Source: Acidobacteriota bacterium
Lineage (GTDB): Bacteria; Acidobacteriota; UBA6911; RPQK01; CBDAPI01
Assembly: GCA_965198355.1 (NCBI GenBank)
Contig: CBDAPI010000015.1
Location: 33,965 to 97,964 of the forward strand
DNA length: 64,000 nt
Direction of reading: 5' to 3'
Shown: in pieces, positions 49,778 to 57,928 of the stretch
How the letters are laid out: each line of letters begins with the position of its first letter
Numbering within the stretch: the stretch's first letter is position 1
Notes under the pieces: model-generated
Database searches by the model: none
What the model was told of the DNA's origin: nothing
Seen by the model: only the letters and a program-made list of their open reading frames with translations
Program-made: the position numbers and the translations under genes

Positions 49778-50255
49778 GACCGAGATGTCTGCGCAGCTCC
49801 CCATAAATCAACTTCTTGCGGTACTTGGGGATGAACACCACATGGTACTTACACTCCCATTTTGTATGCTGTAAGCTCTGGTAGTTACTCATAAAACTCC
49901 TTTTCGTGATGCTTTGCTCGGCTCACGGAAGGGAGTTTTTTCACCTATTCCCGGAACTGTCAAACTCTGGCTGCCTCCCCGGCAGAGCCGGGGGGACTCC
50001 TTACGGGTCTAGGTTCGCTCCCCCACCTTCAACCTGAATGTTGCTGCCGATCACAACCATCGCCAAACCGAACAGCGCTGTCATTCCATATCCGACAGCC
50101 AGGTCAACGCGGCAGACAGGTAAATCATCGGCATTGAATCGTCCTTCCTCGCGGATCCAGTAGCCGTAGCACAGGACTGTTACCGTGCCGCCGACGCCAC
50201 CCATGAGTGCGACCGTCCAAGGCAATCCCTCGCCATGAAATAGTAGCGTAACTTC

Positions 50256-51569
50256 TTTTCTGTAAATTCTGGTCAGACCTGGGTCGGAAAGACAGAGGTC
50301 TGGGACAGGATTCTCCAAAAACAGAACGACAATCTGGAAAGGAGAATCAATTGAACCCAGACCTGGAAAAGAGAGTACCACGGGAGATTTTGGAGGAGTT
50401 GATCGAGGAAGGGACAGAAGCCTTTCGAGGGATCCTGGAGAAGTTGTTCAATGTGGCTATGCAGGTGGAGAGAAGCGAGTTTTTGGGAGCAGAGGCCTAC
50501 GAGAGAACAGCCAGCCGCCGAGGCTACCGAAACGGATTCAAAGGCAAGCGGATTCAGACTCGAGTGGGAGAGCTGCGCTTGGAGATTCCCCAAGTGCGCG
50601 GGTTGAGTTTTTATCCCAAGTCGCTGGAGAGGGGCTGCCGTTCGGAGAAGGCATTGAAACTGGCCATCGCCGAGATGTACGTGATGGGAGTCTCGACCAG
50701 AAAGGTTACCGAGGTTACCGAGCAGTTGTGTGGTCTGGAGATCTCGGCCACCCAGGTCTCGAGAGTGGCCGGGATGCTGGACGAAGAGCTGGAAGAGTTT
50801 CGAAACCGGGAGCTGGGAGAGTATCCGATCGTGTACCTGGATGCCCACTACGAGAAGGTTCGAAAGGGCGGCAGAGTACAGGACGTGGCCATCCTGAAAG
50901 CCCTTGGAGTCAATCGTTTCGGAACGCGAGAGGTGTTGGGTCTGAGCGCCAGGCTAAGCGAAGCAGAAGTACACTGGCGAGAGTTTATGGCGGAGCTGCA
51001 AAAGCGAGGTTTGAAAGGAGTCGAGCTGTTTGTCAGCGATGATCATTCAGGATTGAAAGCGGCCAGGCGAGCGGTCTATCCGTCAGTGCCCTGGAACCGT
51101 TGCCAGTTTCATCTGAGCCAGAATGCCCAGCAATATGCTCGTCGCAGGCAAGACCGGCAGCGGATTGCCCAGGCCCTGCGAGACATCTTCAACGCGCCGT
51201 CTCGGGAGGATGCCGAGGAGCTCAAGGGGAAGGTGATCAAGAAGTTCGAAAAGAGTGCACCGGAGTTTGTGAGCTGGCTGGAAGACAACGTGGATGAAGG
51301 GCTCACGGTGTTCGATTTTCCGAGGAGCTGGTGGCGAAGGATCCGAACCATTAACGGACTGGAGAGACTGAACCGGGAGATCCGAAGACGAACCCGAGTG
51401 GTGGGAATCTTTCCCAACGAAGCGTCGGCGTTGCGGCTCATCTCGGCTGTGCTTGCAGAGATACACGAGGAGTGGTTAACCGGCCGGCAATACCTGAACC
51501 TGGCCGGCTGGAAAAAACAACTGGAGGAATCCTTCCCTACAGGCCCTAAAGGAAATTACAGAAAAACAG
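50256..51569 (+). mobile_element. IS256-family insertion sequence (right boundary approximate, no target duplication seen)
   Basis: Imperfect IRs TTTTCTGTAAATTCTGGTCAGACC (50256-) and, on the reverse complement of 51546-51569, TTTTCTGTAATTTCCTTTAGGGCC. The transposase ORF runs 26 nt past the inferred right IR. Confidence 0.65.
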
Positions 51570-51595
51570 AGCCTGTTGCCGAACTGTCAGGCTAG
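50351..51595 (+). CDS. IS256-family (Mutator-like) transposase
   Basis: 414 aa. ...RSEFLGAEAYERT..RRGYRNG...VYLDAHYEKVR...VSDDHSGLKAA...WNRCQFHLSQN...IRTINGLERLNREIRRR. Confidence 0.9.
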   Translation: MNPDLEKRVPREILEELIEEGTEAFRGILEKLFNVAMQVERSEFLGAEAYERTASRRGYRNGFKGKRIQTRVGELRLEIPQVRGLSFYPKSLERGCRSEKALKLAIAEMYVMGVSTRKVTEVTEQLCGLEISATQVSRVAGMLDEELEEFRNRELGEYPIVYLDAHYEKVRKGGRVQDVAILKALGVNRFGTREVLGLSARLSEAEVHWREFMAELQKRGLKGVELFVSDDHSGLKAARRAVYPSVPWNRCQFHLSQNAQQYARRRQDRQRIAQALRDIFNAPSREDAEELKGKVIKKFEKSAPEFVSWLEDNVDEGLTVFDFPRSWWRRIRTINGLERLNREIRRRTRVVGIFPNEASALRLISAVLAEIHEEWLTGRQYLNLAGWKKQLEESFPTGPKGNYRKTEPVAELSG

Positions 51596-51613
51596 CCGCT
51601 TACAATCTGATTT

Positions 51614-51934
51614 GTGAAAGAACAAATCAGTCCATACACTCTTCTCGATTCCATAACTGAACTGGCCCGCCAGATTGTCCGGGGAAGTCTGGTCACCTTG
51701 CAGAGTCGCTGCGGCAAAGCTGCCTGCCGCTGCGCCCGCAGCGATCACTGACATCGACGGTACTACCTCTCCTGGTCGGAAGGAGGACGCACACAGATGA
51801 TGTACATCCCAAAAACAAGACTGGAGGAGTTTCGTCGCGGCATTGAGGCTTGGAAGCAGTTCAAGCAGTTGAGCCAACAGTTGGCGCGCCACAATGCTCA
51901 GACTCTCAAGCAGAAAGGAGTTCTGGGGCCATGA
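51614..51934 (+). pseudogene. small CGKxxCxC protein (transposase-associated orfA) with an in-frame TGA
   Basis: VKEQISPYTLLDSITELARQIVRGSLVTLQSRCGKAACRCARSDH*HRRYYLSWSEGGRTQMMYIPKTRLEEFRRGIEAWKQF.... Stop at 51749-51751. Its terminal TGA overlaps the ATG of the transposase (ATGATG). Confidence 0.5.
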
Positions 51935-53427
51935 TGGGTCAAAAGGATTTCACGCCAAAGCTTTTTCATTCGTTGTCGTTATCCAAGCTGGTGCCAGAGG
52001 GACATCTCGTACGTAGTCTTGAAGAGGTGTTGGACCTTGGGTTTGTCCGGAGCTTGTGTCGTCCCTATTACTCTCACACCGGTCAGCCGTCTGTGGACCC
52101 GATAGTGATTTTTAAGATGATGCTACTGGGTTACTTCTACGGGATCACGTCGGAGCGGCGACTGGCCGAAGAATGCTCTCTGCATTTGGCTTTTCGCTGG
52201 TATCTGGGCTACGACCTGGATGAGGCAACGCCAAACCATTCTGTGCTTTCCAAGGCCCGCAGCCGCTACGGCAAAGAAGTATTCGAGAAGTTTTTTGAAC
52301 ACGTGCTGCGAAGGTGCGTCGAGGCAGGGTTGGTTGAAGGCGAGAGGATCTTTGCCGATTCGACACTGATCGACGCTGATGCCTCGGTGCGCTCGCTGGT
52401 GGATCGAGATTCTCCGGCGGCTCCCAAACACACTCCCCAACAGTATGTCGAACGAGTCTTTCTGGAAAATCCGCTGGATGAGAAGTCGACCTCGAGGGCG
52501 GCCAAGTCAGCGGCTTTGAGGGCTGGTTCTGTGGAGGCCGAGATTAGCCAGCGAAAACGGGAATGGCGGATGAGGAAAACCAATCGTGGTCGGAAGCCTG
52601 GAGGTCGCAAGAACCTGAATAGACAGAAGATCTCAACCACAGACCCGGATGCCTCGGTGGTCACACGCCTCCGCATGAAGACGAAGTTGGCCTACAAGAG
52701 TCACTTCACCGTTGATGGGAGGCAGCGCATCATCACTGCTGTCGGAGTCACGCCGGCTGCTATTGAGGATTCCACGCAGGTGGTTCGATTATTAGATCGG
52801 CAACCAGTCAGCCCCAAGTTTTTCTGCGCCGATAGCCACTATGGAGTGGCCCCAATCTATGAGGAACTGAGACGACGAGGCATCGTGGCCATCATTCCGC
52901 GGCGCTCCTCCCATACTCAAAAACCCAAACCGGGAAGACTCTCACCAGCTGACTTTGAATATGATGCTGAGAAGGATGTCTACCGGTGCCCAGAAGGAAA
53001 GAAGCTGAAGAGGAGAGCTTACGACGCCCACTGGGATCGTTACCACTACCGACCCCTGAAATCAGATTGTGAGGGATGTTCTCTGCGCCTGGCCTGTTCC
53101 ACCCCCAGGAGCGTCAAGACGATTCTTCGCTCTCCTTATGAAGAGGCTATCGAGTGGGGGCACGAACAGCTCCGAACAGAGGCCGGTCAACAGGTCGCTA
53201 AGCAACGGAAAACCACCGCGGAATGGGTGGTCGCCGAGGGCAAGAATTTTCACGGGCTGCGCCGAGCTCAACAACGGGGGATTGAAAAAGTTTCCGTCCA
53301 AGTCTTGATGACCGCCACTGTGCAAAATCTGAAGCGTTTGATGAGAAGTGGAAGCACGAATCTCTTGCGCTTCGCAAGCGATCTCGTCCGACTCTTACTC
53401 TATCGGAACTTTGCCCTGGCGCTATAG
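51931..53427 (+). CDS. IS1182-type DDE transposase
   Basis: Start at MMGQKDFTPKLFHSLSL. GQPSVDPIVIFKMMLLGYFYGITSERRLAEE (InsH N-terminal region). ADSTLIDADAS, ADSHYG, C-terminal WVVAEGKNFHGLRRAQQRG. Confidence 0.85.
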   Translation: MMGQKDFTPKLFHSLSLSKLVPEGHLVRSLEEVLDLGFVRSLCRPYYSHTGQPSVDPIVIFKMMLLGYFYGITSERRLAEECSLHLAFRWYLGYDLDEATPNHSVLSKARSRYGKEVFEKFFEHVLRRCVEAGLVEGERIFADSTLIDADASVRSLVDRDSPAAPKHTPQQYVERVFLENPLDEKSTSRAAKSAALRAGSVEAEISQRKREWRMRKTNRGRKPGGRKNLNRQKISTTDPDASVVTRLRMKTKLAYKSHFTVDGRQRIITAVGVTPAAIEDSTQVVRLLDRQPVSPKFFCADSHYGVAPIYEELRRRGIVAIIPRRSSHTQKPKPGRLSPADFEYDAEKDVYRCPEGKKLKRRAYDAHWDRYHYRPLKSDCEGCSLRLACSTPRSVKTILRSPYEEAIEWGHEQLRTEAGQQVAKQRKTTAEWVVAEGKNFHGLRRAQQRGIEKVSVQVLMTATVQNLKRLMRSGSTNLLRFASDLVRLLLYRNFALAL

Positions 53428-53455
53428 CGGCTTGAAGTAGCGTAACTTCAGTTGC

Positions 53456-54133
53456 CTACCCCGGCTTGAGCAACACGCTCAACAGTTGCTTAACCCATGA
53501 AATTGGGGAGCTGTGCATTTCAAAGGTACCCAGGACCGAGGCGTGCCAGGATCGGGCGTCGTCGAAGAAGAGCGAACTCCCCAGACCCAGTTCGTGCGAC
53601 CACATTCCGAGACCGATATTGTCGTTGGCATCAACGGCGTAGCGCCCGACGGGAGCGGTGAATGCGTACCATGTGATGAAGTCGGCCCCCTCGGTGTTCC
53701 AGCCGAGATTGAAGGGCTGAACGTCGATGTCGCCCAGGCCGAAGGTCCCTTCGTCCAGATCGAAACGAGCCAGCTCCAGTCCCAAGTTGGCAAACGGAAC
53801 TGCCATCAGGCCGCCGTAGGTGCCCCCCAGGATCTTTACATCCGTAGCCCAACTGACAAAGGGCGCCACCGCAAAGACGTCGAGCGAGCCATCGATATCA
53901 AACCGCTCACCTTCTCCGCCGTTGATGGTGCTGGTTCGATAATACTGAAAAAAGGAGCCGGCATACCTCCCCTTGGGAGCCTGGCTTCCCGCCCTCAAGC
54001 CGAAGTCGCCGAGCAGGTTGTGGCCTGAGTATTGTGCCCTTAACGTCTCCATCTGCAGGGTCAGTGTCAACAGGGTCACCACAAGAATGAATTGGGGCGG
54101 AGCCGCCCTCAGTACTGCTCTTGGGTTCATCAA
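53456..54133 (-). pseudogene. outer-membrane transporter of the MetA/phenol-degradation-like family, C-terminus replaced
   Basis: Signal peptide, then beta-barrel pattern (GSFFQYYRTS..., VAPFVSWATDVKILGGTYGGLMAVPF, GMWSHELGLGSSLFF). Native sequence stops near ...GTFEMHS (about 53515) and reads into foreign DNA. Confidence 0.55.
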
Positions 54134-54345
54134 TCTGCTTCCTCCGTTTGAGACGCCTGCAGCTCACTCGCCCGTCGCCAAGAGCAAGGGCAGCTTCCGA
54201 CCATGAGCTTTAGGTGCATCCTGGTAGTTATCGGCAGTGCCCGCTCGTTATCCGCTCCGGATTCGGCGGATTACCTGGGCGGCTCTAAGGGTCCTTGCTC
54301 CCCGGCTTGATTGGCGGGTTGGCCTTCAGCAAGGGTCCACGGCGA

Positions 54346-54816
54346 TCACAAGCCCAGTTTCGAGGTGAGTTCTTCAGCGTTCAGGACACTGAGACCATGA
54401 CGGAGCAGGGACAGGAAATGTCGCTGGTTCTCGGTCACCAGGATCCGGCAGCCGGCGCTCAGAGCAACTTCGGCGATGTGCGTGTCGTAGATTCTCCCGC
54501 CCACGATTCGGTCCGCTGCCGCCGACCGGAAAAACTCCCGCCGAGAGTCGCCCGGAAGCTGATGAATCTGAAGCCTGGATAAGATCTCCTTCTCGATGAG
54601 CAGCATCGCGTTGTCCGGTGTCAAACGGTATTCTTCCGGAAGCCGCGTCGAAACCGAATAGAACTCCAGGCAGCAGTGCCAGGCGCTGTGCACTTCCTTG
54701 ACGCGCTTCTTGGCAATGGCATTGAGAATTCGGTGGCAATGATCCGTAGTGCCGAATTCAATCAGGCCTCCCAGCAGAATAGTGGTGTCCAAAAAGAACG
54801 GGCTCAGCGCGGCCAT
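54346..54816 (-). CDS. vapC: PIN-domain toxin (VapC-like)
   Basis: FLDTTILL..., ...YDTHIAEVAL..., LVTENQRHF acidic-residue pattern of PIN. Overlaps the upstream antitoxin gene by 13 nt. Confidence 0.75.
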   Translation of the reverse strand: MAALSPFFLDTTILLGGLIEFGTTDHCHRILNAIAKKRVKEVHSAWHCCLEFYSVSTRLPEEYRLTPDNAMLLIEKEILSRLQIHQLPGDSRREFFRSAAADRIVGGRIYDTHIAEVALSAGCRILVTENQRHFLSLLRHGLSVLNAEELTSKLGL

Positions 54817-55085
54817 CGATTCCGTTCTTCCTCGACGAGTGCGGCTAGGTCGACTGAAGGAGCTTCTTCGGGAGGCACTTCGGGACGGGCGACCAGGCGA
54901 TTTCCGACCCGGACGATCTTGGGACCTGCCACGGCCCGCACCAACCGAACTGAGAAGTCATCCACGACAACTTCCAGCTTGGTGCCGGGTGTCAGACGCG
55001 CCGCCTCGCGTATGGAGACCGGAATAACCACGCGGCCTGCCTTATCAATGGTTGTAATCATGGTATTAGTATACCGCATCAACAC
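54804..55085 (-). CDS. vapB: AbrB/SpoVT-family antitoxin (VapB-like)
   Basis: MITTIDKAGRVVIPVSIREAARLTPGTKLEV is the swapped-hairpin AbrB motif. Probable start at 55061. Confidence 0.7.
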   Translation of the reverse strand: MLMRYTNTMITTIDKAGRVVIPVSIREAARLTPGTKLEVVVDDFSVRLVRAVAGPKIVRVGNRLVARPEVPPEEAPSVDLAALVEEERNRWPR

Positions 55086-55171
55086 CCATAGCAGCGCCTC
55101 TGCCAGTGTGGCATCAAATGTCTAGCCCACTCATGGTTCAGAACCTCCATTTGCGGTTTCTTGAATGATTG

Positions 55172-55818
55172 CTACTTTCTCCCCAGCAGATTGGCGGTGT
55201 ATCCGACGACAAAGAACGCGAACGCCACCAGACTGACGGGTGGCATCCGGCCGTGCCAGCCCGACGGATTCAGCCATCCTTGATAGCCCATGAATAGAAC
55301 GTGGGCACCGCCGAAGATCATCGCCACCAGCAGGAACTTTCGCGAGGTGATGAACCGGATGAAGGCCTGGTCTTCCCGTAAATGGGTCTGAAAGCTCAAG
55401 TTGTAGGCCCAGAGAACCACGAACGCCAGGATGCCGCCGAGCATACTCAAACCCGCGAGCAGCGTCAGCGTTCCGTCTGCCTCGAAGAACTTGCCGTAGA
55501 CTGAGGGGCTAAAGAGCATGAAGCTCATCAGGGCATGGATGAGCACCTGCAGGAAACCCGTCATTCCGAGTGCTTTACGTGCGTTGAGCCAACCTTCGGG
55601 GACTCCGACACCCAAGTTCTTCAAGGGACCTAAGCCGAAATTCAAGGCCAGCAAGATGAAGGCACTAACGAGATCCCCTTGTTCAGGATAAAAAATGGGA
55701 AGTCCTTCCAGGGAACCGGGCCCGCGACGTGATAGCGCAGGACCGCATACCCCAGTCCGAAGATCAAGGTGATCAAGATGAGGGTGCCTGCAGAGTTTGC
55801 CTTTTTGTCGTCGTTCAT
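55172..55818 (-). pseudogene. ferric-reductase/cytochrome-b-like membrane protein with a frameshift
   Basis: MNDDKKANSAGTLILITLIFGLGYAVLRYHVAGPVPWKDFPFFILNKG (ATG 55816-55818) continues as DLVSAFILLALNFGLGPL... in another frame. The change lies at the C4 run 55676-55679. Confidence 0.55.
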
Positions 55819-55826
55819 GGTGTTAG

Positions 55827-57274
55827 CCCGGATTATGCAAGAGATCTGAATCCGAGTGAGATTTGGGTCCAGAAAAAAAGCCGTAGCTCTCTGATATAAA
55901 AGGGTTTACATAAAAACAACCCTAAACAGGAGCTACGGCTATGTTGAAAACAGTCTGCCAGAATACCCTGCCATTTCACAGCCACAGAGACATCACAGCT
56001 CGTTTTGATGGGGGGAGCCTCACTTCCGACGCAGGATGGTTGTTGTTTGGATCGCTGGATCGGCAACATCGATTGTGCGAGGGCTTCAGTTCGTGTATTG
56101 CGGAAAGCCGGGACCGACGCTACATTCGTCATGACCTGTTGAAGTTGATCCGACAACGAGTGTTGCAGATCGTGGCCGGCTACGAAGACTGTAATGACGC
56201 CGATACGCTGCGCTCGGATCCGATGCTCAAGACAGTCTGTGATCAGTTGCCCGAGAGCGATCCCGATTTGGCCACCCAGCCGACTTTCTCCCGCTTGGAG
56301 AACTCCGTCACCAAGAAGGATCTGATGCGTCTGAGCCGGTGGCTGCTACGCCGTTATGTGCGCTCCCTGAAGAAGAGACGTCCCGCCAAGATCATCCTGG
56401 ATCTGGACAGTACCGACGACCACACTCACGGCCAACAGGAGTTCGCCTTCTACCACGGGTATTACCGAAACCACATTCTGCATCCTTTGCTGATCTTCGA
56501 TGCCGCCACGGGAGACCTGGTCTGTGCCGTGTTGAGACCTGGCAACAAGGGGGCTGCCTCTCACATCGTGCCCATTCTGAAGCGCGTCGTGGAGGCCATC
56601 CGACAAGCAGTGGGGACGGATGTCGAGATTGAGATTCGGGCCGACAGCGGCTTTGCCACGCCTCGGCTCTACGAGTTCTGTGAAGGTGAAGAGAATCAAC
56701 TCCAATATGTCATTGGGTTAAGTCGCAACCCTCGCCTGCAGCGAGTGGTCGAGCCCCTGCTGGATTCGACTCGGGAAAGGTTCGTTGAGCGGGAGGAAAA
56801 ACAGCGTCAGTTTGACGAGTTTCTTTATCGAGCCAACAGCTGGGATCGATCCCGTCGCGTCATTGTCAAAGTGGAGGTCGATCAGCGCGGGATCAATCGT
56901 CGCTTTGTGGTCACCAACCGGGACGATCTCTGCTCCCAATCACTTTATGACCACTACACCGACCGAGGGCAGACCGAGAACTTCATCAAGGCCTTTAAGA
57001 ATCATCTGAGCATGGACCGACTCAGCTGTCATCGATTCCTGGCCAACCAGTTTCGACTCCTCCTGCATGCACTGGCTTACCAGATGTTCGTGCGCCTGCG
57101 CGACTATCTGCACGGAACCCCCTGGCACAAGCTCGAAATCGAAACCTTACGTCGTCGTGTCCTCAAGATCGGGGCCCGGATCCGACAAACCACTCGACGC
57201 ATCTGGGTCCATCTTTCCTCAGCCTTTCCCGAACAACCCCTCTTTCACCTCGTCTTGAGTCGCCTGAACTCCAG
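55827..57274 (+). mobile_element. IS1380-family insertion sequence, copy 6, right end (about 205 bp) missing
   Basis: Normal left end preceded by TTAG instead of CTAG. Sequence identical to copy 4 until ...GAACTCCAG, then IS200 sequence. Confidence 0.9.
55880..55939 (+). promoter_or_regulatory. 5'-UTR hairpin of the IS1380 element occluding the Shine-Dalgarno sequence
   Basis: GCCGTAGCTC (55880-55889) is the exact reverse complement of GAGCTACGGC (55930-55939), which overlaps AGGAG and ends 1 nt before the ATG. Inner stem AGGGTT/AACCCT. Present in all copies. Confidence 0.4.
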
Positions 57275-57278
57275 GTAA
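55941..57278 (+). CDS. IS1380-family DDE transposase (last codon altered by the IS200 junction)
   Basis: 445 aa, ends LNSR instead of LNSS. The stop codon is supplied by the IS200 end. Confidence 0.85.
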   Translation: MLKTVCQNTLPFHSHRDITARFDGGSLTSDAGWLLFGSLDRQHRLCEGFSSCIAESRDRRYIRHDLLKLIRQRVLQIVAGYEDCNDADTLRSDPMLKTVCDQLPESDPDLATQPTFSRLENSVTKKDLMRLSRWLLRRYVRSLKKRRPAKIILDLDSTDDHTHGQQEFAFYHGYYRNHILHPLLIFDAATGDLVCAVLRPGNKGAASHIVPILKRVVEAIRQAVGTDVEIEIRADSGFATPRLYEFCEGEENQLQYVIGLSRNPRLQRVVEPLLDSTRERFVEREEKQRQFDEFLYRANSWDRSRRVIVKVEVDQRGINRRFVVTNRDDLCSQSLYDHYTDRGQTENFIKAFKNHLSMDRLSCHRFLANQFRLLLHALAYQMFVRLRDYLHGTPWHKLEIETLRRRVLKIGARIRQTTRRIWVHLSSAFPEQPLFHLVLSRLNSR

Positions 57279-57928
57279 GTATCCCCCGGCAAAGCCGGGG
57301 GCTTTAATCTTGTGAGCCGCTCAAAGCGGACTTGACGTTGCCGCTACCGCGGCCACTTGTGCCACCTACAGGTGGCTTGGCTACAGCAGCCTGAGCTGAT
57401 CCTGGCGACGATCTTCTGCTTCTTGCCGCCGGATATACTCACGAATCACTTTCTCATCCCGACCCACCGTCGATACGAAGTATCCGCGAGCCCAGAAGTG
57501 CTGTCCAACAAAGTTACGCCGACTCTCTGAAAAGTTCCTCGCAATGTGGATGGCGCTTTTCCCTTTGATGTACCCGATCACCTGCGCCACAGAAAACTTT
57601 GGCGGAATCGAGATCATCACGTGCACGTGATCCGGCAGCAGGTGGCCCTCTTCAATCAAGCTTTCCTGCTGCCCAGCCAACCGTCGCAGCACCTGACCGA
57701 GATGTCTGCGCAGCTCCCCATAAATCAACTTCTTGCGGTACTTGGGGATGAACACCACATGGTACTTACACTCCCATTTTGTATGCTGTAAGCTCTGGTA
57801 GTTACTCATAAAACTCCTTTTCGTGATGCTTTGCTCGGCTCACGGAAGGGAGTTTTTTCACCTATTCCCGGAACTGTCAAACTCTGGCTGCCTCCCCGGC
57901 AGAGCCGGGGGGACTCCTTACGGGTCTA
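57275..57928 (-). mobile_element. IS200 (IS200/IS605 family) copy B, intact
   Basis: 654 bp. tnpA only. Hairpin-forming ends. No inverted repeats and no target duplication, as expected for the family. Confidence 0.85.
57381..57809 (-). CDS. tnpA: IS200-type HUH Y1 transposase
   Basis: 142 aa. YHVVFIPKYRKK, HVHVMISIPPK (HUH) and the catalytic Tyr region GYFVSTVG. Confidence 0.9.
   Translation of the reverse strand: MSNYQSLQHTKWECKYHVVFIPKYRKKLIYGELRRHLGQVLRRLAGQQESLIEEGHLLPDHVHVMISIPPKFSVAQVIGYIKGKSAIHIARNFSESRRNFVGQHFWARGYFVSTVGRDEKVIREYIRRQEAEDRRQDQLRLL

Larger units (their letters stand above)
47692..50011 (-). mobile_element. IS200 (IS200/IS605 family) copy A, disrupted by a 23-bp insert and an IS3-family element
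   Basis: Collinear with copy B (57275-57928) apart from inserts at 48015-48037 and 48140-49782. Subterminal hairpins CCCCCGGCAAAGCCGGGGG and CCCCGGCAGAGCCGGGG. Confidence 0.85.
47229..50255 (-). pseudogene. Nramp-family metal transporter, C-terminal part only, split by IS200 and frameshifted (pieces 50012-50255, 47229-47691)
   Basis: ...LMGGVGGTVTVLCYGYWIREEG...IQVEGGGAN|LVKVAERLVEELGVIGKWAFLLGALGAVFSSLLGVWQ joins in frame when 47692-50011 is removed. Further frameshift near 47545. N-terminal half replaced by IS256. Confidence 0.65.
51575..53460 (+). mobile_element. IS1182-like (IS5 superfamily) element, boundaries approximate
   Basis: Two coupled ORFs (small Cys-rich orfA, DDE orfB). Weak terminal similarity TGCCGAACTG (about 51576) / CAGTTGCC (about 53452). 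No clear target duplication. Confidence 0.45.

Noticed and set aside
50242-50255. 14-mer AGTAGCGTAACTTC repeated at 53438-53451, considered as a long target duplication flanking IS256 plus the IS1182-like element
   Set aside because: Several chance 14-mer matches are expected in 64 kb when both strands are considered. The sequences just inside the two copies show no inverted-repeat relationship, so a composite element is not supported.
54289-54338. Stem-loop downstream of vapC (CCTTGCT..28 nt..AGCAAGG), considered as an attC site or intrinsic terminator
   Set aside because: It lacks ATAAC/GTTRRRY boxes and has no U-tract after the stem. That is too little evidence for either call.
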